Positions 27,801 to 34,450 of a stretch of 37,455 nucleotides of DNA are shown one piece after another (position 1 is the stretch's first letter; each line of letters opens with the position of its first letter). The notes under the pieces are model-generated. The model had not been told where the DNA came from. It saw only the letters and a program-made list of their open reading frames with translations, and ran no database searches. Origin of the DNA: Betaproteobacteria bacterium (lineage in GTDB: Bacteria > Pseudomonadota > Gammaproteobacteria > Burkholderiales > SG8-41); the NCBI GenBank assembly GCA_021414185.1, contig JAIOOZ010000304.1:1-37455 (forward strand), written 5' to 3'. The position numbers were made by a program, and so were the translations under genes.

Positions 27801-29486
27801 CTATGCCTTGCGTGCGCGCCTGCGCCGAACTGCGCGCACGCCAAGAATGCCGGCGAGCAACAACCCTGCGGTGACCGGCAGCGCCCCGTTGTTCTGCGTT
27901 GCGGGTTCGGTCGCGGCGCTGACAAATTCGGACGGAAATGGCCGCGGACCGACCGGCACGATCTTCCACTGCGCGCGGTCTGCCGGTGTGCGCTGCATAT
28001 ACTCGTCGATAGAGGCGACCGGGAAGCTGCCAACGGCGCGGCTCGACGGAATCTGCGGTATGCGCACGAAAATGATCGCCTCGACTTCGCTCTTCAGCAA
28101 TTCTTCATACGCGCTGGCGGCAGACCGGCCCGCAGGCTGCGCGCCAACGAGCTGCAGCAGATCGTTGCCTATCGCATCGAACGCGACTGCCGGGTACAAA
28201 CGCGTCTGTTCCTCGCTCAGGTAGTCGAACGAGCTCTTGCCGCTGTCGAAGCTCATCTCCTTGAGCGCCATGTACGGATACGCCGCGGCCGCTTTCGCGT
28301 AGCTCGTCGCGCCTCGCGCCGGGATGTTCCAGCCCAGCGACCGCAGCGTGTCGATGCTGATCCCCGCGCAATTCGCACCCGCGTGCCGGTAGCGGAAATC
28401 ATGGCGATAAAAATGGTTGTAGACCCGCGCGATGGCGCCCTGATACGCAAACACGGCGCGATCGCTGCGCATGAGTGCTACCAGCATATAAGAAGGCCGG
28501 TAATACGCCTGCCCGCTGTTCAAATCCATCAGGTAGTTGTCCATCGGCACCATCGAAGCGACGATGCCTTTTTCGCTGAACGAATCGAGGTTGTAAAAAT
28601 TGTTGACCAGCCAGTCGCTCCATTCGCCGCGGGCGTTGCCGCGGCCCGTCACGATTGCGAAATGTCCGCCGTGCGCCTCGTCGTCGTCGCCTTGCGAGCC
28701 GTTGAGCATCACGCCCAGTGCGGCAAGTTGGTCCCAGTTGCGCGGTTGCCCTGGAGTCCGCTCCCACAACAGACGTGTTTCATAGCGGGGCGCGCTGTCG
28801 GCTTGCCGCACGAGTCCGCTCAACGTCTCTCCCGCGGCCAGCGGCGAAAGTTTGCTCGCGGCGGCATCGATGACGTAATCCTGCGGCCAGATGGTGCGCG
28901 CAGTCACCGCCGGCTTGCCGTCAACGCCTTGCGCGACAGTGCCGCGAATGCGCAGCGGGCGTTGCGTGAAAAACTTCGCGGTACTCGCATCGTAATACGA
29001 GAGATTGGCCGGGATTTTCGGCGTCACCGCGAAGCGCGTGACGGTACCATCAGCGAGTCGCAACGCGTTGCCGGACTCCTGCAACCTCGCGTCTGTAATT
29101 ACACTGGGCGATCCGACCCATATCAGCGGCGGGCGCGCCTGTAACTCCTCCGGACCCGCCGCGGCGTACCAGCGCCGCACATCTTCTTTGGCCGCAACGC
29201 CGTCTGTAAATCCGGCGACTTTGGCGCCCGGCCCCGGCACCGCGATGAGATCGTCACGGAAATACCACAACGCTTCTTTTGGCGTCGGGCAATCCGCGCA
29301 GGTACCCGGCACCAGGCGAAAGTCGGCGGCAGGAAACAAACCGAGGCTGCCGGCGGCCAGCGCGGGCCGCACGGCGGGCTCTGCTTTCCCGGCTGCCACT
29401 GACGAGGCTGCATTGGCTGCACCCGACGCCGACAGCCAAACCAGCACGTTGGCAATTACTGTTCTGAGGAAACCCGGTTTCAACAT
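27801..29486 (-). CDS. exported protein of unknown family with a C-terminal TM plus Arg-rich tail
   Basis: Start chosen at internal Met 29 (ATG 29486..29484, SD AAGGGGAG), which gives a signal peptide MLKPGFLRTVIANVLVWLSASGAANA. There is a CADC pair near the N-terminus. Motifs are HGGHFAIVTG (His codon 28662..28664) and HAGANCAGISID (Cys codon 28368..28370). The C-terminus is PVTAGLLLAGILGVRAVRRRRARKA. Confidence 0.7.
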   Translation of the reverse strand: MLKPGFLRTVIANVLVWLSASGAANAASSVAAGKAEPAVRPALAAGSLGLFPAADFRLVPGTCADCPTPKEALWYFRDDLIAVPGPGAKVAGFTDGVAAKEDVRRWYAAAGPEELQARPPLIWVGSPSVITDARLQESGNALRLADGTVTRFAVTPKIPANLSYYDASTAKFFTQRPLRIRGTVAQGVDGKPAVTARTIWPQDYVIDAAASKLSPLAAGETLSGLVRQADSAPRYETRLLWERTPGQPRNWDQLAALGVMLNGSQGDDDEAHGGHFAIVTGRGNARGEWSDWLVNNFYNLDSFSEKGIVASMVPMDNYLMDLNSGQAYYRPSYMLVALMRSDRAVFAYQGAIARVYNHFYRHDFRYRHAGANCAGISIDTLRSLGWNIPARGATSYAKAAAAYPYMALKEMSFDSGKSSFDYLSEEQTRLYPAVAFDAIGNDLLQLVGAQPAGRSAASAYEELLKSEVEAIIFVRIPQIPSSRAVGSFPVASIDEYMQRTPADRAQWKIVPVGPRPFPSEFVSAATEPATQNNGALPVTAGLLLAGILGVRAVRRRRARKA

Positions 29487-29627
29487 TTCGCACTCCCCTT
29501 GAGCGACCTCTTTTTTCCGCCATGCTAACCGCATATTCGCACTTCCGCATGAACGCTGCCAATCGGGCAACGATTTCCCGTGCTTAATGTTGCTGGCATA
29601 CCGACATTGCCAATTTGCGCCGTGCTC

Positions 29628-29939
29628 TTACACGTTTTTCTTGATGTAGCCGATCACCGTTTCCATCGCGTCGACCAGAAAATCCTTGTTGATCCAGAAA
29701 TACACTTCCTTGCCTTCTTTCAGGCTTTGCAGAACGCCCGCCTCGCGAAGTATGCGCAGGTGATGCGACACCGCGGTGCGGCTCAACGTGGACACGTCGA
29801 CGATCTGGCCGATGTTCAGGCGCTCGCCGGGCTCGAAAGTAAGCAGGATGCGCTGGCGATGCTCGTCGCCCAGCGCGGCATACACCTTGGAAATATTGCG
29901 CCACTCGCGGGGAATGGCACGCATGTAGTTCTTATACAT
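29628..29939 (-). CDS. ArsR/SmtB-family winged-helix transcriptional regulator (no cysteines)
   Basis: 103 aa from ATG 29939, MYKNYMRAIPREWRNISKVYAALGDEHRQRILL... with HTH IGQIVDVSTLSRTAVSHHLRILREAGVL. The protein contains no Cys. An alternative start is at 29924. Confidence 0.8.
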   Translation of the reverse strand: MYKNYMRAIPREWRNISKVYAALGDEHRQRILLTFEPGERLNIGQIVDVSTLSRTAVSHHLRILREAGVLQSLKEGKEVYFWINKDFLVDAMETVIGYIKKNV

Positions 29940-29957
29940 AACTACATTATTAGTTAT
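29938..29957. promoter_or_regulatory. perfect 7-6-7 inverted repeat (candidate ArsR operator)
   Basis: ATAACTA-CATTAT-TAGTTAT. It spans the -10 box through the first bases of the arsR-family ORF, in a locally AT-rich patch. Confidence 0.5.
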
Positions 29958-29975
29958 ATAGTTTTGTTCTGTCAA
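29946..29975 (-). promoter_or_regulatory. candidate sigma70 promoter of the arsR-family gene
   Basis: Minus strand reads TTGACA (29975..29970), an 18-nt spacer, then AATAAT (29951..29946). The A of ATG 29939 lies 7 nt after the -10 box. Confidence 0.5.
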
Positions 29976-29998
29976 GCCCGCCGACTGCGGCGGCGGGC
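29976..29998 (-). other. GC-rich hairpin after the M17 peptidase stop
   Basis: GCCCGCCG (29976..29983) pairs with CGGCGGGC (29991..29998), a perfect 8-bp stem with a 7-nt loop. No U-tract follows on the minus strand, so it is at best a non-canonical terminator or RNA end-stabiliser. Confidence 0.3.
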
Positions 29999-30028
29999 GC
30001 CGCCGCCCCAAACATCAGCTAAACAGAA

Positions 30029-31486
30029 CTAAATGCGCCGCGAATCAAGCAGTTCGAGCGTCCAGCCGACGCCAAAACCCGTTGCATCGGAAGCGACAGC
30101 GCCGAGCCCGCCCTTGCTGCTGTGCGCCGACAGGTCGACGTGTATCCACGGCGTGGCGCCGACGAAGCGCTTGAGCAAGCGGGTCGCCAGTATATGGTCG
30201 GCCTCGCCGTCGAGCGTGCATTGCTTGACGTCGGCGATCTTGCTGTCGAGCGCGCTGTCGTAATCGTCGTCCTGCGGGAACGCGCACACGCGCTCGCCTG
30301 CCGCCCGCCCCGCAGCCACGGCCTGCGCAGCGAGTTCATCGCTGGTCGCGAAAATGCCGCTGTAGCGGTCGCCCAGCGCGACGTGCATGCTGCCGGTCAG
30401 CGTCGCGTAATCGACGATGAGGTCCGGCTTGCCGCGCGCAGCCAATGTTAGCGTATCGGCCAGCACCATGCGCCCTTCGGCGTCGGTGTGCATGACTTCG
30501 ATGGTAGTGCCGTTCAGCGCGCGCACGACTTCGTTCTGGTGGTAAGCGCGCGGACTGATGTCGTTGCGTGAAATCGCCAGCCAGCAATCGATGTTGATGG
30601 GCAGCTTCATGCGCGTCGCCGCCAGCAATGTGCCGAGCGCGACCGCCGAACCGTTCATGTCTTCGTGCATGCCGTGCATATAACGCGCGGGCTTGAGATT
30701 GTGCCCGCCGGTGTCGTAACAAATGCCCTTGCCGACCAGCGCGACATGTTGCGTCGCACGCGGATGCGTATAAGTCAGGTGCACGATTGCGGCGTCGCGC
30801 GATTCGCTGCCCTGCGCCACCGCGCAAAATGCGCCGGCGCCCATTTTCTTGAGCCGCGCATAATCGTATTCTTCGCGCCTCCAGCCGTGCTCCTTCGCCA
30901 GTTGCTTGATGCACTCGCGATAGGTTGCCGGATTCAGTTCGTTCGGCGGCAGCATCGTGAGTTCGCGGCACAGCACGTTGCCTTCCGCGCGCGCGCGCTG
31001 CGCGGCGAATCCATCCTTGTCGCGATGACCGTATAAATGAATAGCCTTGAGCGGCTTGCGCGCCGGCTTCTTTTTGCGCTCGGGCAGCGCTACGCCGTTG
31101 ACCCAGGCGCAATACACCGCGAGTTGCGCCGCGCGCCGGCGCTGCGACTCATCGCCGCAAACAACCAGCGCAATTTCAGAGGGGTTCTCGGCAAGCAGCG
31201 ATTGCAAAGCACCGCGCACCGCAGCCTGCGCTTCAAAAACCGTTTTCTTCGGCTCCAGCATGATCCAGCTCGCGAGCGCGCCGTCCTTGAGGTTGCCGCT
31301 CACCGGCGATTTCCCGAGTTCGCCTGCTTTCATTTTCCGGCGCGCGAGCAGCGTAGCCAGCACGTCACTGGCCGGCCACGCGCGGGACAGTTCCCTGGCG
31401 AACGGCAGGATGAACAGAAAATGCGTGTGTTTGCGCAGCGCAGCAGCGCCCGCAACGGCCGCTTGCTGATTCAGTTTGGCGAGCAT
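30029..31486 (-). CDS. M17-family leucyl aminopeptidase-like protein
   Basis: Metal-site and active-site motifs VGKGICYDTGGHNLKP and HTDAEGRMVLADTL. Start taken at ATG 31486 (MLAKLNQ..., SD AGGAA) rather than 31516, which would cross the divergent promoter. Confidence 0.85.
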   Translation of the reverse strand: MLAKLNQQAAVAGAAALRKHTHFLFILPFARELSRAWPASDVLATLLARRKMKAGELGKSPVSGNLKDGALASWIMLEPKKTVFEAQAAVRGALQSLLAENPSEIALVVCGDESQRRRAAQLAVYCAWVNGVALPERKKKPARKPLKAIHLYGHRDKDGFAAQRARAEGNVLCRELTMLPPNELNPATYRECIKQLAKEHGWRREEYDYARLKKMGAGAFCAVAQGSESRDAAIVHLTYTHPRATQHVALVGKGICYDTGGHNLKPARYMHGMHEDMNGSAVALGTLLAATRMKLPINIDCWLAISRNDISPRAYHQNEVVRALNGTTIEVMHTDAEGRMVLADTLTLAARGKPDLIVDYATLTGSMHVALGDRYSGIFATSDELAAQAVAAGRAAGERVCAFPQDDDYDSALDSKIADVKQCTLDGEADHILATRLLKRFVGATPWIHVDLSAHSSKGGLGAVASDATGFGVGWTLELLDSRRI

Positions 31487-31515
31487 AATTTCCTGTCGAG
31501 GACGTGAGCGCGCCA

Positions 31516-31523
31516 ATTATAAT
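31516..31523. promoter_or_regulatory. palindromic ATTATAAT box in the divergent spacer (possible shared -10)
   Basis: ATTATAAT is its own reverse complement, so TATAAT reads on both strands. On the plus strand it ends 6 nt before ATG 31530. No convincing -35 on either side. Confidence 0.35.
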
Positions 31524-31529
31524 CGTTCC

Positions 31530-32345
31530 ATGCGCAGGTTCCGGGAAACGGCACTCAAAACCACCGCGGGCATCGGCATCATTGCCGCCCTGCTGCTCCC
31601 GGCGTCGTTTGCGGCCGCGCAGGAAATCGTGACCCTGCAAACACGCGAAGGCGTGACGCAAACTTTTCTGCTGAGCACCCCAATCAATCCGCCGCACGCA
31701 GTTGCCATCCTGTTTCCCGGAAGTGAGGGAAACATCCGGCTGCGCTCCGAAGGTGGCCAGATAAAACTCGGCGAAGGCAATTTCCTGGTGCGCTCGCGCA
31801 ATTATTTCGTCGATGGCCGCGTGGCGACGGCCGTAATGGATTCGCCATCCGATCAGGCAACCGGCATGAACGACGGCTTTCGGCTCGGCGACAAGCACGC
31901 CACCGATATCGCGACCGTAGTTGCTGAACTTCAGAAACGCTACGCAGATACGCCGGTATTTCTTGTCGGCACCAGCCGCGGCACCCTCTCGGCAGCCGCG
32001 GCTGGACGGGCGCTTTCCGACCGCGTTGCCGGCGTCGTGCTGACCGCGACCATGTTCAACGCCGCCCGCTCGGGCCAGGGATTGAGCGGCTTCGATTTCA
32101 CGACCATTCGCCCTCCCGTGTTGTTCGTGCATCATGCTGACGATGGATGCAACGTCACGCCTTACCGCGGCGCCAAGTCGCTGTCGGCGAAGTTCCCTCT
32201 TATCACGGTGCAGGGTGGCGAGCCGGCGCGCTCGGATCCCTGCGAGGCATTCAGCGCGCACGGATTTCTCGGGAAGGAGCGGGAAACCGTCGAAGCGATG
32301 GTGAACTGGATGCTCAAAAAACCTTATCGCAGCAATATCGATTAA
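31530..32345 (+). CDS. secreted alpha/beta-hydrolase-fold protein
   Basis: Start at internal Met 19 gives a signal peptide MRRFRETALKTTAGIGIIAALLLPASFAAAQE. Nucleophile-elbow-like VFLVGTSRGTLSAAAAG, with later HHADDG and SAHGF as possible Asp and His positions. Confidence 0.65.
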   Translation: MRRFRETALKTTAGIGIIAALLLPASFAAAQEIVTLQTREGVTQTFLLSTPINPPHAVAILFPGSEGNIRLRSEGGQIKLGEGNFLVRSRNYFVDGRVATAVMDSPSDQATGMNDGFRLGDKHATDIATVVAELQKRYADTPVFLVGTSRGTLSAAAAGRALSDRVAGVVLTATMFNAARSGQGLSGFDFTTIRPPVLFVHHADDGCNVTPYRGAKSLSAKFPLITVQGGEPARSDPCEAFSAHGFLGKERETVEAMVNWMLKKPYRSNID

Positions 32346-32378
32346 AATTATCAGCGTGAACAGCGCGCCGCACTTGCC

Positions 32379-32400
32379 GAATCCTGACTCCTGAATCCTG
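32379..32400. repeat. solo heptad-repeat arm (copy D) next to the thyA start
   Basis: GAATCCT GACTCCT GAATCCT G ends 3 nt before ATG 32404. Its reverse complement (AGGATTC AGGAGTC AGGATTC) matches the GTCAGGA/GTGAGGA units of copy C. No partner arm found upstream. Confidence 0.45.
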
Positions 32401-32403
32401 CCC

Positions 32404-33198
32404 ATGCGCCCCTATCTTGACCTCATGCAGCACGTGCTGGCGAACGGCGCCGAGAAGAGCGACCGCACCGGCACCGGCACCCTCTCGGTGTTCGGCGCGC
32501 AATTGCGCTTCGATCTCAACGCGGGCTTCCCGCTGCTGACGACCAAGAAGGTGCACCTGAAGTCGATCATTCACGAACTGCTGTGGTTCCTGAAAGGCGA
32601 CACCAATATCAAGTACCTGAAAGACAACGGCGTCGGTATTTGGGACGAATGGGCGGACGCTCAGGGCAACCTCGGCCCCGTCTACGGCTACCAGTGGCGC
32701 TCGTGGCCGGCGCCCGACGGCCGCCACATCGACCAGATCAGCCAGGTGCTGGAACAGATCAGGAAAAATCCCGACTCGCGCCGCATGATCGTGTCGGCGT
32801 GGAACGTGGCCGATCTCGACAAGATGGCGCTGATGCCGTGCCACGCGTTTTTCCAGTTTTACGTCGCCAACGGCAAGCTCTCGTGCCAGCTCTATCAGCG
32901 CAGCGCCGACATTTTTCTCGGCGTGCCGTTCAACATCGCCTCCTACGCGCTGCTGACAATGATGATCGCGCAGGTCTGCGGACTTAAGCTCGGCGATTTC
33001 GTGCATACCTTCGGCGACACGCATCTCTACACGAACCATCTGGAACAGACGCGCGAGCAACTATCCCGTCAACCACGCAAGCTTCCGACGATGCGGCTCA
33101 ATCCCGCGGTCAAGAACCTGTTCGACTTCACCTATGCGGATTTCACGCTCGAAAACTACGACCCGCACCCCGCCATCAAGGCGCCTGTCGCTGTATGA
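32404..33198 (+). CDS. thyA: thymidylate synthase
   Basis: 264 aa, [31 protein letters not shown]...[14 protein letters not shown] (catalytic Cys)...[10 protein letters not shown]. Confidence 0.95.
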   Translation: MRPYLDLMQHVLANGAEKSDRTGTGTLSVFGAQLRFDLNAGFPLLTTKKVHLKSIIHELLWFLKGDTNIKYLKDNGVGIWDEWADAQGNLGPVYGYQWRSWPAPDGRHIDQISQVLEQIRKNPDSRRMIVSAWNVADLDKMALMPCHAFFQFYVANGKLSCQLYQRSADIFLGVPFNIASYALLTMMIAQVCGLKLGDFVHTFGDTHLYTNHLEQTREQLSRQPRKLPTMRLNPAVKNLFDFTYADFTLENYDPHPAIKAPVAV

Positions 33199-33758
33199 CC
33201 GGAGAGACGAGAGGCGAGACGCGAGAGGCGGCAGAAGGCTCTAATCCCCGTCTATCGTCTCTCCTCCCCCGGCGTCTCTCGCTTATCGCAGCGATGGCCA
33301 GAAATCGCGTCATTGGCGCGAATAAAGCGATCCCGTGGCACCTGCCCGGCGAACTAAAAATGTTCAAAACAATCACAATGGGACACCACATCGTCATGGG
33401 GCGCAACACGTGGGAATCCATCGCAAGGCTGTTGCCGGGGCGCACTACCGTGATCGTGACGCGGCAGCCTGATTACAAGGTCGCGGGCGCCATCGTTGCG
33501 CCGACGCTGGCCGGCGCCATTGCAGCGTGCGGCAGCGATGACGAGATATTCGTCATCGGCGGCGCCCAGCTGTACGCCGCTGCGCTGCCGCAGGCCGACC
33601 GCATTTACCTGACCGAAGTCGACGCCGAAGTCGCGGGCGATACCTATATGCCGGAAATCGACATGCAGCAATGGCAGGCGGGCGCGGTCACGGCATATGC
33701 CGCCGATGACAAGAACCCCTACAGCTACAAACTGACGGTACTGGACCGCATGGCGTGA
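33195..33758 (+). CDS. folA: dihydrofolate reductase with an unusual 27-aa N-terminal extension
   Basis: The core [31 protein letters not shown]...GRNTWESI...VIGGAQLY aligns by eye to E. coli DHFR from residue 2. The only in-frame canonical start upstream of the first beta-strand is ATG 33195, which overlaps the thyA stop (ATGA). Confidence 0.85.
   Translation: MTGETRGETREAAEGSNPRLSSLLPRRLSLIAAMARNRVIGANKAIPWHLPGELKMFKTITMGHHIVMGRNTWESIARLLPGRTTVIVTRQPDYKVAGAIVAPTLAGAIAACGSDDEIFVIGGAQLYAAALPQADRIYLTEVDAEVAGDTYMPEIDMQQWQAGAVTAYAADDKNPYSYKLTVLDRMA
33202..33282. repeat. heptad-periodic inverted-repeat element, copy B (inside the folA 5' end)
   Basis: The left arm is GAGAGAC GAGAGGC GAGACGC GAGAGGC (33202..33229). 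The right arm, CCCCGTCTATCGTCTCTCCTCCCCCGGCGTCTCTCGC, contains CGTCTCTC (33273..33280). That octamer is perfectly complementary to GAGAGACG (33202..33209), and further CGTCTC units are present. Confidence 0.6.
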
Positions 33759-34438
33759 TATTCATGCGCAATCATCCGGCCATCGCCATTACGTTCCTTG
33801 CACTGACGCTCGCTACCGGCGCGGGCGTTGCGCAGGACAACAACATTTCGCTTAACGATTTGAAGATACGCGCCGATGCCGGCGACAAGACGGCAACGCG
33901 CCAGATTGCCGAAGCCTATTACCTGGGCAGAGACGGTGTAGAACAGGATTTCAAGCTGGCGGCACAGTGGTACGAAAAACTCGCCAAGCAGGGCGACGTG
34001 CGCGCGCAGACTTCGCTGGGCCTGATATATGCGCGCGGCTACGGCGTCGAGAAAAACCTGAAGCTCGCACTCAAGTGGCTGAACCTGGCGGCGGCGCAAC
34101 GCGATCCCGGCGCGCAGTACAGTTTGAGCACTATTTATTTCCGCGGCGACGGAATTCCGCAAAACCTCGCCGAATCCGCCCGCCTGCGCAAGGAAGCCGC
34201 GGCGCGCGGCCACCTCCAGGCGCAGGCCGATCTCGGCAGCATGTATTGGGACGGCAAAGGCGTCGAGAAGAATCTCGTCCTTGCCTATCAGTGGCTCGGC
34301 ATCGCCGCGCAACTGGGCGACGACACCGCACCCGACACCATGAAGAAAGTCGCAGCGGAAATGTCCGGCGACCAGATCAGGGAAGCCGAAGGCTACGTCA
34401 AGGACTGGATGGAGAAGAACAAGAAGATACGGAAATAA
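33755..34438 (+). CDS. exported Sel1-like repeat (SLR) protein
   Basis: Signal peptide (MRNHPAIAITFLALTLATGAGVAQ) and at least 4 Sel1 units (A.WY.KAA.QG...AQ..LG.MY..G.GV..N). The start is either GTG 33755 (GTGA overlap with the folA stop) or ATG 33764. Confidence 0.8.
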   Translation: MIFMRNHPAIAITFLALTLATGAGVAQDNNISLNDLKIRADAGDKTATRQIAEAYYLGRDGVEQDFKLAAQWYEKLAKQGDVRAQTSLGLIYARGYGVEKNLKLALKWLNLAAAQRDPGAQYSLSTIYFRGDGIPQNLAESARLRKEAAARGHLQAQADLGSMYWDGKGVEKNLVLAYQWLGIAAQLGDDTAPDTMKKVAAEMSGDQIREAEGYVKDWMEKNKKIRK

Positions 34439-34450
34439 GAGCCGTTCCGG

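Noticed and set aside
27801-27920. C-terminus of the 561-aa protein considered as a bona fide PEP-CTERM or IPTL-CTERM sorting domain.
   Set aside because: The TM-plus-Arg-cluster layout fits, but no PEP motif lies next to the helix (only TEPA about 12 residues upstream, and LPVT at the helix start). No exosortase is present in the window. I keep it only as sorting-signal-like.
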